Positions 33,308 through 43,797 are shown, counted from the stretch's first letter. The stretch: DNA of 64,000 nt from an uncultured Gemmatimonadales bacterium (GCA_963793305.1 CAWBZV010000002.1:352001-416000); one strand, 5' to 3'. Made by a program: numbers and translations. Notes: generated from the sequence alone by a model not told the origin.

Positions 33308-34583
33308 CCAGCAACTCGATGCGTCGGCCGTCCATCTGCCGCACGGTAAAGGTGGCGCCGCCCGCCGAGACGCGGTCACCGATTTGCGGCAGCCGTCCGA
33401 GGGCGCCGAAGACATATCCACCGATCGTGGTGTAGTCGTCATCGGGCACGGTGAGCTCATACTGATCGTTCAGCTCACCGATATTCGTGCTGCCTGGAAT
33501 GACCACCTCGCCCGATCGCGTGGGGCGTGCTTCCGGCTCGGACTCATCGTACTCGTCGAGAATCTCGCCGACGATCTCCTCCAGGAGATCCTCCATGGTC
33601 ACAATGCCCGCCGTACCGCCGTACTCATCGAGCACGATCGCCATGTGCTCTTTCAGTCGCTTGAAGTCGGCCAGGACCTCTTCCACTTCTCTCGACCCTG
33701 GGACCACATGGACGTTGCGGACGATCGTGCGCAGGGAAAAGGTCTCTGGGTCATCCCGATCGACTTTGAGAAGATCCTTCGCCAACACGATCCCGATGAT
33801 ATTATCGATCGTTTCGTCGAAGACGGGATAGCGGGAGAAGCTGGTCTCATTGATGACCGACAGCGTCTCGGTGAACGTCGCATTGACCGGTAGCGCGATC
33901 AATTCGGTCCGCGGCGTCATGACCTCGCGCGCATTCTTCTCCGAGAACTCGAACACGCCTTCAATGAGATCGGCATCGTGCTGCTCCAGCGCTCCGAGCT
34001 CCTGGCTCTGCTCGACGAGGAGCCGGAGCTCCTCGGGCGAGTGCACGTTGTCTTCGGAGGTCGTCTCAGTGCGCGAGCCGAATAACCGCAGCACGATCTC
34101 GGCCGACCGGGTGAGCGCCGCGGTGAACGGTGTGACCACGAGCGCCCAGAGCATGAGCGGCGGCACGAGCCAACGGGCGACGCGCTCGGGATGCCGCAAG
34201 GCGGCCGCTTTCGGGGCCAGTTCCCCGAACACGACGTGCAGATACGTCACGAGCACGAGTGAGATCGTCGCGCCGATCGTGATGCGAACCGATACTTCGA
34301 TCGCGAAGGGCAAGCGGCCGATCGCGGCCGCGAACGGCTCCGTCAGTGTGGATTCGGCGACCCAGCCGAGCCCCAGGCTGGCGAGGGTGACGCCGAGCTG
34401 ACTGGCCGAGAGGAGCGACGGTATGTTAGATGTAGCGCGGAGCGCGAGGCCGGCCAACCGATCTCCGTTCTTCGACATTGCTTCCAGTCGGGTGCGCCGG
34501 GACCGGACGAGCGAGAATTCGGCGCCGACGAAAAACCCGTTCAGGAGCACGAGCATCCCGAGCACCAGCAATCGGTCGAACAC
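33258..34583 (-). CDS. HlyC/CorC (CNNM + CBS) family transporter
   Basis: NGFFVGAEFSL, QLGVTLASLGLG, GELAPK, VMTPR, DEYGGTAGIVTMEDLLEEIVGEI. Confidence 0.92.
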   Translation of the reverse strand: MFDRLLVLGMLVLLNGFFVGAEFSLVRSRRTRLEAMSKNGDRLAGLALRATSNIPSLLSASQLGVTLASLGLGWVAESTLTEPFAAAIGRLPFAIEVSVRITIGATISLVLVTYLHVVFGELAPKAAALRHPERVARWLVPPLMLWALVVTPFTAALTRSAEIVLRLFGSRTETTSEDNVHSPEELRLLVEQSQELGALEQHDADLIEGVFEFSEKNAREVMTPRTELIALPVNATFTETLSVINETSFSRYPVFDETIDNIIGIVLAKDLLKVDRDDPETFSLRTIVRNVHVVPGSREVEEVLADFKRLKEHMAIVLDEYGGTAGIVTMEDLLEEIVGEILDEYDESEPEARPTRSGEVVIPGSTNIGELNDQYELTVPDDDYTTIGGYVFGALGRLPQIGDRVSAGGATFTVRQMDGRRIELLATDLPPSDHEPEAPAR

Positions 34584-34604
34584 CTTGGCAAGGTATCCCG
34601 CATC

Positions 34605-35552
34605 GTGACGCCGCACCACCATCATGACGGTCACGGTCACGGGCACGACCACGCACACGACCATGCGCACGGCCACACGCATGGGACCGACGGTGGCACC
34701 CGGCGCCTCACGTTCGCGCTCGGCCTCACCGCGCTGTTTCTGGTCGTGGAGATCGTGGGCGGCGTGCTCGCCCACTCCCTCACGCTGCTCGCCGACGCCG
34801 GGCACATGTTCACCGACGTTGCCGCGCTCGGCCTGTCGTTATTCGTCGCGTGGTTCAGCCGGCAGCCGGGGACGCCCGAGAAGACCTACGGATACCTCCG
34901 GTGGGAGATTCTCGCGGCGTTCCTGAATGGTTCGACGCTCCTCGCGGTCTCCGCCGGGATCATCTACGAGGCGATCAAGCGGTTGCAGCATCCGAGCGTC
35001 GTCGAAAGTGGGCTCATGCTCGGTGTCGCCGCGGCCAGCGTCGTCACCAATCTCGCCTCGGCCTACGTGCTGCACGGCGGCGCCGGCGAGAGTCTCAACA
35101 TGCGGGGCGCCTACCTCCACGTGCTCGGCGATCTGCTCGGCGGGCTCGGCGCCGTCATCGCCGCGCTCATCATCCGGTTCACCGGGTGGGAACAAGCCGA
35201 TCCCATCGCCTCGATCGTCATGACCATTTTGATCGTTCGCGGGTCCTGGCGCATTGTCCGTGAATCGGTCGACATCCTGCTCGAATCCACGCCCTCCAAC
35301 ATCTCCCTCGGCGCCGTCCGCGCCCAGTTGCTCGCGCTCCCCGGCATCGAGTCCGTGCACGACCTGCACGTCTGGAGCGTCACCTCCGGCGTTGTCGCCA
35401 TGAGCGCGCATGCTTTGGTTCGCGAGCCCGAGCGGCAGCAGCATGCGCTCGAGCACATCATCGACGCCATGCGATTATTCGGCATCGATCACGTCACGGT
35501 GCAGATCGAGAGTCGCGAAATGGCCGAGCGCGAGGCCCACCTACACGCCTAG
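34605..35552 (+). CDS. Cation diffusion facilitator (CzcD/ZitB-like) with His-rich N-terminus
   Basis: SLTLLADAGHMFTD, NMRGAYLHVLGD, VHDLHVW. Confidence 0.92.
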   Translation: MTPHHHHDGHGHGHDHAHDHAHGHTHGTDGGTRRLTFALGLTALFLVVEIVGGVLAHSLTLLADAGHMFTDVAALGLSLFVAWFSRQPGTPEKTYGYLRWEILAAFLNGSTLLAVSAGIIYEAIKRLQHPSVVESGLMLGVAAASVVTNLASAYVLHGGAGESLNMRGAYLHVLGDLLGGLGAVIAALIIRFTGWEQADPIASIVMTILIVRGSWRIVRESVDILLESTPSNISLGAVRAQLLALPGIESVHDLHVWSVTSGVVAMSAHALVREPERQQHALEHIIDAMRLFGIDHVTVQIESREMAEREAHLHA

Positions 35553-35620
35553 CCGTAAACGTGACCCCGGGGGCTTTGGGGCGTCCATTTCCAGACACGG
35601 CACGTCCGTTTTCCGTTCCC

Positions 35621-36082
35621 ATGACGACCGACTTTCGCATAGACAAACTTCGCGTCCCGGTCTCTCTCATAATGCTGGGCGGCGAAGAGTTGAACGGAAA
35701 CATGTTCGTGCAATCAGTTTCCCCGAATCGCGCCGGCCGGGAGGAGATTCCGGACGTGCTGAACGGGGAAGAAGCATTCTTCCCGCTGGCCCAGGAAGGG
35801 GGCACGTTGCTGGTCGCCAAGGATCAGGTCCGCGAGGTTGTCATCCGTGGCGACTTCTCAGCCCAATTTTTGCAGACCGCCGCGCGGCGGGTGCCCGTCG
35901 AGCTCACCCTGACCGATGGCGCGATCCGGACCGGTGAGGTCTACCTGGAGATGCCGGAGCAACGGCCTCGCGTGCTCGACTTCCTGAATCGCTATGCGCA
36001 GCGGTTCGTCGTGCTGTACGCCGCGGGCGGCGTGTGTCTGATCAATCGTTCGCTCATCGAACACGTCAGGCCGGCCGACTGA
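35621..36082 (+). CDS. Hypothetical protein coupled to pilT
   Basis: Clean ORF ending 1 nt before the pilT start; two similar halves (DVLNGEEAFFPL / DFLNRYAQRFVVL). Confidence 0.7.
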   Translation: MTTDFRIDKLRVPVSLIMLGGEELNGNMFVQSVSPNRAGREEIPDVLNGEEAFFPLAQEGGTLLVAKDQVREVVIRGDFSAQFLQTAARRVPVELTLTDGAIRTGEVYLEMPEQRPRVLDFLNRYAQRFVVLYAAGGVCLINRSLIEHVRPAD

Positions 36083-36083
36083 G

Positions 36084-37793
36084 ATGGCACAACTCGACAA
36101 GTTTCTCACCGTCATGGTGACCAACCATGCGGAATCGATCCTGCTGATCGAGGGTGACGTGGCGACGCTCCAGAAGGATGGCGTCCCGCGCCCCATCACG
36201 CGGCAGCCGCTGTCTGGCGCCCAACTCGTGATGCTGCTCAAGGAGATCGCGCCGGCGGCGTCGGCCAAGGATCTCGAGGGTGGCACGCCCGCCTCGTTCC
36301 GGTACGCGAACCCGGATGGCGATTTCTTCGTCAAGAGCGCGCACACGGGTGGTCGCTGGCACGCGTCGATCGCTCTCCACGAGGGGAACGGTGACGGTGC
36401 GGCGGTCGCCGAGGAACCCGCGCCGGAAGCCGCCGAGCCCCCGCCGCTTCCACCGCCTCCGGCCCGGCGCGGCTCGGGCGCGATGAAAAAGAAGGCCGTC
36501 GTCGAGCCCGAGCCCGAGCCGGTCGCGGCAGCGCCGGCGCCAGCCGCCGAACCCGTCGTGACGGTGGGTCAGAACGGGATCGCGCTCCGATTGCCTATTG
36601 CCGAGACCGAAGAAGAGCGAGTGGACGCGGCATTGGCCGACATGAATGCCTTGCTGACCCAGCTCGTGCAGCGCGGAGCGTCCGACTTGCACCTGCGCTG
36701 CGGCGAGCCACCGCTCATGCGCGTGGACGGCGAGATGATTCGGTTGGATGCGTACCCGCAACTCGATAACGGTTCCATGGAGCTCATGATCCGCTCGATC
36801 ATGAGCGGCCGGAACCGCCAGGAGTACGCCGACAAGAACGACGTGGACTTCGCCTACGAGATCGACGGCGTCGCCCGGTTTCGGTGCAATGCGCTCCGTG
36901 AGCGGAAGGGCGCCGCCGGCGTGTTCCGGGTGATTCCCGCCGAGGTCGTGACGGTCGAGCAGCTGGGGATGTCGGCCGAGGTGCAGAACCTCTGCTATCT
37001 CAGCAAGGGCCTGGTCCTGGTCACGGGTCCCACGGGTTCAGGCAAATCCACCACGCTGTGCGCTCTGGTGGACCTGGTCAACCGGATGCGGACGGACCAC
37101 GTGATCACGATCGAAGACCCGATCGAGTTCGTGCATAAGAACAAGAAATGCCTGATCACGCAACGCCAAGTTGGAGTCCACACGCAATCGTTCCGCAGCG
37201 CGCTCCGGGCCGCGCTGCGTGAAGACCCGGATATCATTCTGGTCGGTGAGTTGCGTGACTTGGAGACGGTATCCATCGCGATCGAGACGGCGGAAACCGG
37301 CCACCTCGTCTTCGGCACGCTGCACACCACGACGGCGCCGAGCACGATCGATCGCATCATCGACCAGTTTCCCGCCGATCGGCAGGATCAGATCCGCGTG
37401 ATGCTGTCGGAGTCGCTCAAAGGCGTGATCTGTCAGGTGCTGTGCCCGAAGATCGGCGGCGGCCGTGTCGCGGCCCGCGAGATCCTGCTGACGGTTCCCT
37501 CGGTCTCGAACCTGATCCGCGAAGGAAAAACGTTCCAGATTCCGTCGGTCATGCAGACCTCGCGGAAGCTCGGCATGACGACGCTGAACGACTCGCTGAT
37601 CGATCTCGTCGACCAGCGGCTCGTGGAGTCGAAAGAGGCGTACATCAAGGCCCAGGACAAGACGGGCTTCGCGAATCTGCTGAAAGGCCGGGGCCACGAC
37701 ACGTCCTTTATCGACGGCGAGGAAGGCAGCAGCAAGGGGACGCCCGTCGCCAACTCCAAAGTCCCACCCCGCCCGGCAGCGGCCAAGCGCTAA
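36084..37793 (+). CDS. pilT: Type IV pilus retraction ATPase with N-terminal extension
   Basis: GASDLHL, GPTGSGKSTT, TIEDPIE, LREDPD, ETGHLVFGTLHT, NLIRE. Confidence 0.92.
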   Translation: MAQLDKFLTVMVTNHAESILLIEGDVATLQKDGVPRPITRQPLSGAQLVMLLKEIAPAASAKDLEGGTPASFRYANPDGDFFVKSAHTGGRWHASIALHEGNGDGAAVAEEPAPEAAEPPPLPPPPARRGSGAMKKKAVVEPEPEPVAAAPAPAAEPVVTVGQNGIALRLPIAETEEERVDAALADMNALLTQLVQRGASDLHLRCGEPPLMRVDGEMIRLDAYPQLDNGSMELMIRSIMSGRNRQEYADKNDVDFAYEIDGVARFRCNALRERKGAAGVFRVIPAEVVTVEQLGMSAEVQNLCYLSKGLVLVTGPTGSGKSTTLCALVDLVNRMRTDHVITIEDPIEFVHKNKKCLITQRQVGVHTQSFRSALRAALREDPDIILVGELRDLETVSIAIETAETGHLVFGTLHTTTAPSTIDRIIDQFPADRQDQIRVMLSESLKGVICQVLCPKIGGGRVAAREILLTVPSVSNLIREGKTFQIPSVMQTSRKLGMTTLNDSLIDLVDQRLVESKEAYIKAQDKTGFANLLKGRGHDTSFIDGEEGSSKGTPVANSKVPPRPAAAKR

Positions 37794-37841
37794 CGCCGCG
37801 GATAGGCAGCGACGGCCCGGGTCGGGTATATTACCGGGCTT

Positions 37842-39677
37842 ATGTCGATCCGCAACATTGCCATTATTGCGCACGTCGATCACGGGAAAACGACGCTCGT
37901 GGACAAGATGCTCCGGCAAGGCGGGGCGTTCCGCGAGAATCAGATCGTCGAAGAGCGCGTGATGGACTCCAATCCGCTCGAGCGCGAGCGGGGGATCACG
38001 ATTCTCGCCAAGAACACGTCGGTACATTGGCGAGACACGAAGATCAATATCGTCGATACCCCGGGCCACGCGGATTTCGGCGGTGAGGTCGAGCGGATCC
38101 TGCGGATGGTCGATGGCGTGCTGCTCGTCGTCGACGCGTTCGATGGGCCAATGCCTCAAACCCGTTTCGTTTTGCGTAAGGCCCTCGCGCTGGGTCGCGT
38201 TCCCATCGTCGTCATCAACAAGATCGACCGCCCGGGCGCCGACCCGCTGCGCGTGCACGACGAGGTGCTCGACCTGTTCATCGAGCTCGAAGCGGACGAA
38301 GCCCAACTCGACGCCGCCGTCGTCTACGCCTCGGCCCGTGAGGGTGTCGCGACGCTCGATCTCGATGTCACTCCGGTCGACCTGACACCCCTCTTCGACG
38401 CCATCATCCGGCACGTGCCGGCGCCGCCGAGCGACGCCGAAGGGACGTTCCAGATGCTGATCTCGACGATCGACTACTCCCCGTACTTGGGCCGTCTCGG
38501 CATTGGCCGTATCGAGCGTGGCGCTGTTCGACTTGGCGACACTGTCGCGCTTCTGCCACTCGATCCCAGCCAGCGAACAGAGAGCGCTCGCGTCACCAAG
38601 CTTTTTATCTTCGAGGGCTTGGAGCGGCGAGAGGTCGAGTCGGCGTCGGCGGGCGAGATCGTGGCGCTGGCGGGCCTCGAAGGCGTCGAAATCGGTCTCA
38701 CCGTGACCGACGTCGAACACCAGGAACGCCTCGCGGGTATCGCGGTCGAAGAGCCGACCATCTCCGTCGACTTCCTGGTGAACAATTCACCGTTCGCGGG
38801 ACGCGATGGCAAATTCGTTACCTCGCGCCAGGTCCGCGAGCGACTCTTCAGGGAGCTGGAGCGGAACGTCGCGCTCCGGGTCGAAGATACGGACTCGACC
38901 GACACCTGGACGGTGTCCGGACGCGGTGAGCTCCACCTGTCGATCCTCATGGAGACGATGCGCCGCGAGGGGTATGAGTTCCAGGTCTCCCGTCCCAGAG
39001 TCATCACGCGGATAGGCCTGGACGGCGAGCGCCTGGAGCCCTACGAGGAGCTATCGATCGATGTCCCAGAGGAGTACCTGGGGGCCGTGATCGAGAAGTT
39101 GGGGCCGCGGCGCGGCGAGATGCTGGAGATGAAGAACCCCGGCCAGGGGATGGTCCGCCTCCTGTATCGCATCCCGGCGCGTGGTCTCTTCGGGTACCGT
39201 TCCGAATTCCTCACCGACACGCGGGGAACCGGCATCATCCACCATCGGTTCCTCGAGTACGGTCCGTGGGCTGGACCGCTAGCCGGACGGTCCAGGGGAA
39301 CGTTGATTTCTATGGAAGGTGGCACGGTCGTCGCATTTGCTCTGGCGAATCTGTCCGAGCGGGGGACATTGTTCGTGGGACCCGGTGCGCCGGTCTACGA
39401 AGGCATGATCATTGGCGAGAGTGCTCGGCCGGGCGATATGGATGTCAACCCGACGAAGGAAAAGAAGCTCACCAACATGCGCAGCAAGGCCAGCGACGAG
39501 AACATCCAATTGGAGCCGCCTCGGGAGTTGACGCTGGAGGGCGCCTTGGAGTATATCGAGGACGACGAGCTGATCGAGGTGACCCCCCAGGCGATCCGAC
39601 TACGGAAACGATTCCTGAGCGCGAACGATCGCAAGAAGCTGTCGCGGGACGCGAAGCGAGAGCGCGCTTCGCTGTAA
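37842..39677 (+). CDS. typA: Translational GTPase TypA/BipA
   Basis: [43 protein letters not shown]. Confidence 0.98.
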   Translation: MSIRNIAIIAHVDHGKTTLVDKMLRQGGAFRENQIVEERVMDSNPLERERGITILAKNTSVHWRDTKINIVDTPGHADFGGEVERILRMVDGVLLVVDAFDGPMPQTRFVLRKALALGRVPIVVINKIDRPGADPLRVHDEVLDLFIELEADEAQLDAAVVYASAREGVATLDLDVTPVDLTPLFDAIIRHVPAPPSDAEGTFQMLISTIDYSPYLGRLGIGRIERGAVRLGDTVALLPLDPSQRTESARVTKLFIFEGLERREVESASAGEIVALAGLEGVEIGLTVTDVEHQERLAGIAVEEPTISVDFLVNNSPFAGRDGKFVTSRQVRERLFRELERNVALRVEDTDSTDTWTVSGRGELHLSILMETMRREGYEFQVSRPRVITRIGLDGERLEPYEELSIDVPEEYLGAVIEKLGPRRGEMLEMKNPGQGMVRLLYRIPARGLFGYRSEFLTDTRGTGIIHHRFLEYGPWAGPLAGRSRGTLISMEGGTVVAFALANLSERGTLFVGPGAPVYEGMIIGESARPGDMDVNPTKEKKLTNMRSKASDENIQLEPPRELTLEGALEYIEDDELIEVTPQAIRLRKRFLSANDRKKLSRDAKRERASL

Positions 39678-39711
39678 GAAGGCCAACCTTTACACTGCAC
39701 TAATTTTTTCT

Positions 39712-40113
39712 GTGACGGAGAACCGTGGCATGACGCACGCGCATGGTGCGTCGGATCCCGACGAGTGGTGGGGGAGTGGTCTGATCGATCACCTCGGGGC
39801 GAAGCGCGGCGGCGCAGATGATGCCGACCCGGAAGACGAGCCTGAGGATCTCGACGAGGATCTCGACGACGAAGATCTAGACGACGACCTCGACTTCGAT
39901 GACGACGAGGACCTCGATGATGACGAGGACCTCGACGATGACGAAGACGAGGACGATGAGGATGACGACGAGGATCTCGACGACGAGGACGACGAAGACC
40001 TCGACGACGACGATCTCCTCGACGAGCTGGATGACGATGACCTCGTCGATCTCGACGACGAAGACGACGAGGGAGACCGCCCGGACAAAAGTGGCGGAGC
40101 GGAACCCGACTGA
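39712..40113 (+). CDS. Highly acidic low-complexity protein
   Basis: Long Asp/Glu/Leu tract of DDEDL-like units; start uncertain (39712 or 39730). Confidence 0.6.
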   Translation: MTENRGMTHAHGASDPDEWWGSGLIDHLGAKRGGADDADPEDEPEDLDEDLDDEDLDDDLDFDDDEDLDDDEDLDDDEDEDDEDDDEDLDDEDDEDLDDDDLLDELDDDDLVDLDDEDDEGDRPDKSGGAEPD

Positions 40114-40127
40114 GCGGCTAGCGCGCC

Positions 40128-40148
40128 GCACAGTTTCCGCACAAACGG
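40128..40148 (+). promoter_or_regulatory. Putative response-regulator site upstream of the kinase gene
   Basis: GCACAGTTTCCGCACAAACGG; 11-bp-period GCACA direct repeat; 17/21 identical to 42454-42474. Confidence 0.6.
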
Positions 40149-40188
40149 TCGATTGCCGGGGACTCGCCCGGCATGCCATAGTTGAGCC

Positions 40189-41793
40189 GTGATCGCCACG
40201 CGGTATCCGCGCTGGCCGCTCGTCTTGCTGCTGGCCGGCACCGGACTGGCGACCGTCGCGGTGATCGACGCATTGAGCGCCGTGCGCTCCCAGCAACGAG
40301 TCGCCGCCGAAGCCATCGGCGGCTACTCAAATTTTGCCGCGTGGAGCTACCGTGAGCACCTGACGGCACGGATGACCGAGGCCGCTCACGAGGTGCTGGG
40401 CCCCGTCAACCATGGCCAGTATCGCCACGTCAATCCCCAGATCCCCGACGCGAGCGACCTGCACGACTACTTGAAGTGGGATGTGGCGTGCCTCTGCCAT
40501 CGCGTGTTCTTCGGGCCCGACCCACAGGCGTTTTTTGGATTCAACCTGCACGCCGACACGCTGGGCGTGGCTCCCTTTAATGGTCCTGTACACTATTCCC
40601 GACAGGATCGCGCGTGGATTCTCGACACGCTGCGCCGGCAAATCCAATCAGGCTATCGCTCGGACTGGGGCTTCACGTACGTCGTGGCGCGAGGCCGCTA
40701 CTTCGCGTATACGCTGATGCCCACCGTCTGGGGCGATACGATCGTCTACGGTGTCGAGTACCCCGCGCCAGCGTTCACCCAATTCGTCGCCAGCGTGCTC
40801 GATGCCGGCGATCTCCTCCCCTCCACGTTCACGCGACAGCACCCGAACCGGGCGCTGCTCGCCGTCGAGATCTCCGACCCGGCGCACCAGATCGTCTTCG
40901 CATCCGATGCGCACCCCACGTGGCGCTACGATGCGAGAGCGCCGATGCCGACGAGCTATGGCGGGATCGAGATGCGCGCCGAGGTGCGCCCGGAGTACGC
41001 CGGCCTGTTCGTGATCGGCGGCCTGCCGCAGTCCCATCTTCCGTTTCTCCTCACGCTGCTGGCGCTGGCCGCCGCGCTCTCCGTCGTGGCGGTCGCGCAG
41101 CTCCGCCGCGAGGTCGAGCTCGGACGCCTCCGCGCCGATTTCGTCGCGAATGTCTCGCACGAGCTGCGCACGCCCCTGGCCCAAATCCGTCTCGACCTCG
41201 ACACGGTGCGACTCGGCCGTCACCCCAATGATGCCTATCGCACAGCGGCGCTCGACAGGGTAGACCGTGAGACGCGACGGCTCACGTTCCTGGCCGAGAA
41301 CGTGTTGCGATTCTCGCGGCGCGGCCGGACGAACGCGCCGTCGGATCGCCTGCCCACCGATGTCGCCGCCGAAACCGCGCGGATCGTCGAGGAGTTCCGC
41401 CCGCTCGCCACCGCGCGCCGTGCCACGATCGCGCTCGATACGGACGGCGCGCCGGTCGCGATGCTCGACCGCGACGCCCTGCGGCACATCGTGCTCAATT
41501 TGCTCGACAACGCGGCCAAGTACGGTCCGATGGGTCAAACGATCCGCGTCGGCGTGCACAACTCCGGCGGGACCGTGCGCGTGACCGTGACCGATCAGGG
41601 CCCGGGTGTCCCGGATGATGAGCGGGAGATCGTCTGGCAGGCCTTCCGGCGAGGGTCAGGCGCCAGGCATCAAGGGGTCGGTGGCAGCGGGATGGGCCTC
41701 ACGATCGTGCGCGAGATCGTCCAACAGCACGGCGGTCAGGCGCGTGTGCACGGCGCGACCTTCACGATCGAGCTCCCGTGCCACGCATCTTAG
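40189..41793 (+). CDS. Membrane sensor histidine kinase
   Basis: Two TM segments; VSHELRTPL, NLLDNAAKY, DQGPG, GSGMGL. Confidence 0.93.
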   Translation: MIATRYPRWPLVLLLAGTGLATVAVIDALSAVRSQQRVAAEAIGGYSNFAAWSYREHLTARMTEAAHEVLGPVNHGQYRHVNPQIPDASDLHDYLKWDVACLCHRVFFGPDPQAFFGFNLHADTLGVAPFNGPVHYSRQDRAWILDTLRRQIQSGYRSDWGFTYVVARGRYFAYTLMPTVWGDTIVYGVEYPAPAFTQFVASVLDAGDLLPSTFTRQHPNRALLAVEISDPAHQIVFASDAHPTWRYDARAPMPTSYGGIEMRAEVRPEYAGLFVIGGLPQSHLPFLLTLLALAAALSVVAVAQLRREVELGRLRADFVANVSHELRTPLAQIRLDLDTVRLGRHPNDAYRTAALDRVDRETRRLTFLAENVLRFSRRGRTNAPSDRLPTDVAAETARIVEEFRPLATARRATIALDTDGAPVAMLDRDALRHIVLNLLDNAAKYGPMGQTIRVGVHNSGGTVRVTVTDQGPGVPDDEREIVWQAFRRGSGARHQGVGGSGMGLTIVREIVQQHGGQARVHGATFTIELPCHAS

Positions 41794-42455
41794 TCGTGGA
41801 AGACAGCGCCGATCTCGCCGAAGGCGTGGCCGAGAATCTGCGGTTCGAAGGCTACGACGTACAGATCGCCGGCGATGGTCCTCGAGGTCTGGCGCTCGCG
41901 CGCGAGTGGCCGGCGGATCTCATCATCCTGGATCTCATGCTGCCGATCATGGACGGCTACGAGGTGCTGCGCGCGCTGCGGGCCGGCGGCAGCCGGGTGC
42001 CGGTCATCATCCTGTCGGCGCGCGCCGAGGAGGCCGACAAGATCCGGGGATTCCGGCTCGACGCCGACCAGTACGTGACGAAGCCGTTCGGCGTGTTGGA
42101 GCTCCTCGAACGCGTGCGATCGCTGCTGCGCCGCAACACCTCGTCCGAGCTGATCGAGTCGATTCGGTTCGGGGCGATCGAGGTCGATCTCGCGAGCCGT
42201 ATGGTCACGCGCGCTGGCCATCCCTGCGCGCTCTCGCCGAAGGCGTACACCCTGTTGCTCGCGCTCGTGCGGCGTGACGGCGCCGTCGCCTCGCGCGCCG
42301 AGCTCTTGCGCGAGGTCTGGGGCTACGATGAGCAGGTGCTCTCGCGCACCGTCGACTCGCACATCGCCGAGCTGCGGCGCAAGATCGAGGACGATCCCGC
42401 GGCGCCACGCCATATCGTGACGGTCTGGACCATCGGGTATCGGTTCGCGAAGTGA
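41778..42455 (+). CDS. OmpR/PhoB family response regulator
   Basis: ILVVED, ILDLMLP, YVTKPF, RTVDSHIAELRRKIE, TVWTIGY. Confidence 0.95.
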   Translation: MPRILVVEDSADLAEGVAENLRFEGYDVQIAGDGPRGLALAREWPADLIILDLMLPIMDGYEVLRALRAGGSRVPVIILSARAEEADKIRGFRLDADQYVTKPFGVLELLERVRSLLRRNTSSELIESIRFGAIEVDLASRMVTRAGHPCALSPKAYTLLLALVRRDGAVASRAELLREVWGYDEQVLSRTVDSHIAELRRKIEDDPAAPRHIVTVWTIGYRFAK

Positions 42456-42474
42456 ACAGTTTCCTCACATAAGG
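42454..42474 (+). promoter_or_regulatory. Putative response-regulator site upstream of the sulfur-relay operon
   Basis: GAACAGTTTCCTCACATAAGG, near copy of 40128-40148. Confidence 0.6.
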
Positions 42475-42523
42475 CGAACCGTTAGGCCATCAGTTCGGGA
42501 CCGGGCGTGAGTAACGTGGTTCC

Positions 42524-43372
42524 ATGCACCTACTCCTCGCCGCCCTCCTCGTCACGGGCCCACGACTGGTCACGACCTCGTGGCTCGCCGATCACCTGCA
42601 CGACCCCGATCTGGTGATCCTGCACGTCGGTTCGCCGGACAAATACGCCACGCACATCCCTGGCGCCCAACGCACCGATCTCTCGATCCTGTCCGAGAAC
42701 GCGTGGCCGAACATGGACACGACGAAGCTTGCCACCGAGATGCTCCCGCCGGATGTCCTGCGCGCGCGCCTGGAATCCTATGGTATCTCGGATCACTCGA
42801 CGGTCGTAGTCTACCCAGCCTCCGACCGCGACATAACGTCGGCCACCCGAGTCGTGTTCACGTTGCGCTTCGCCGGCCTTGGGCAGAATGCGGCGCTCCT
42901 CGATGGCGGAATGGCCGCATGGAGCGCGGAACACCGGCCGCTCACGGCGGAGGTCCCACATCCGGCGCCAGGCCATATCGCGGCGACACCGGTGCCATCA
43001 CTGGTGGTCGATGCCGGGTACGTACAATCGCACCTCAAGCGACCCGGTTTCGTCGTGATCGACGCCCGTGACAAGGTCTTCTACGATGGCACCGAGCAGG
43101 GAGAGGCGCGCCGCGGTCATATTCCCGGTGCGAAGAACCTCCCATACACGGCCATGTTCGACGATGCGGACAAATTGAAGTCGTCGGCCGCTCTGCAAGC
43201 GCTCTTTCACGGCGTTGGCGCCGCGCCCGGCGACACCGTCGTCGCGTACTGCCATATCGGGATGCAGGCCACGGCCGTCCTGTTCGCCGCCGACCACATC
43301 GGCTATCCGGTCAAGCTGTACGACGGATCGTTCCAGGATTGGGCGAACCGGAAAGACCTGCCCGTGCAATGA
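42524..43372 (+). CDS. Tandem-domain rhodanese sulfurtransferase, probably exported
   Basis: Short hydrophobic N-terminus; HIPGA twice, LLDGG, active loop YCHIGMQA, LYDGSFQDW. Confidence 0.92.
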   Translation: MHLLLAALLVTGPRLVTTSWLADHLHDPDLVILHVGSPDKYATHIPGAQRTDLSILSENAWPNMDTTKLATEMLPPDVLRARLESYGISDHSTVVVYPASDRDITSATRVVFTLRFAGLGQNAALLDGGMAAWSAEHRPLTAEVPHPAPGHIAATPVPSLVVDAGYVQSHLKRPGFVVIDARDKVFYDGTEQGEARRGHIPGAKNLPYTAMFDDADKLKSSAALQALFHGVGAAPGDTVVAYCHIGMQATAVLFAADHIGYPVKLYDGSFQDWANRKDLPVQ

Positions 43373-43797
43373 AGTACGCCAACGCCTACGTGGCCGGCGT
43401 CGGCGTCGGCCTGGTGCTGCTCGCGACGTTCGTGCTCACCGGCCACGGGCTGGGCGCCATCGGCGCATACTCGCGACTCGTCGATCCCAGCCACGAGGAT
43501 TGGACCCTCTTTGAGCTCCTCGGCGTCGCCATCGGTGGCGCGCTCTCCGCGCTCCTTGCCGGGCGCCTTCGACTCGCGATCGAGCGCGGGCCGCACGCCA
43601 CGCCCGCCGCACGATTGGCGACTGCCGGCGCGGGTGGGGTTGCCATGGGCATTGGGGCGAAGGTGGCGGGCGGGTGCACGAGCGGCCTCGCGCTGAGCGG
43701 CGGCGCTGTCTTAAGCGTCGGGGCCTGGGTCTTCATCGCCTGCGCATTCGCGGCGGGCTACGCGATCATGTTGGTCGTCAAGCGCCTATGGATCTGA
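43369..43797 (+). CDS. YeeE/YedE sulfur transporter half (PmpA/B-like)
   Basis: Hydrophobic; GAKVAGGCTSG. Confidence 0.85.
   Translation: MKYANAYVAGVGVGLVLLATFVLTGHGLGAIGAYSRLVDPSHEDWTLFELLGVAIGGALSALLAGRLRLAIERGPHATPAARLATAGAGGVAMGIGAKVAGGCTSGLALSGGAVLSVGAWVFIACAFAAGYAIMLVVKRLWI

Noticed and set aside
34611..34685. His-rich repeat tract
   Set aside because: Common N-terminal feature of CDF transporters
39830..40075. Repeat array or CRISPR-like pattern
   Set aside because: Degenerate Asp/Glu codon repeats with no constant repeat, no unique spacers and no cas genes
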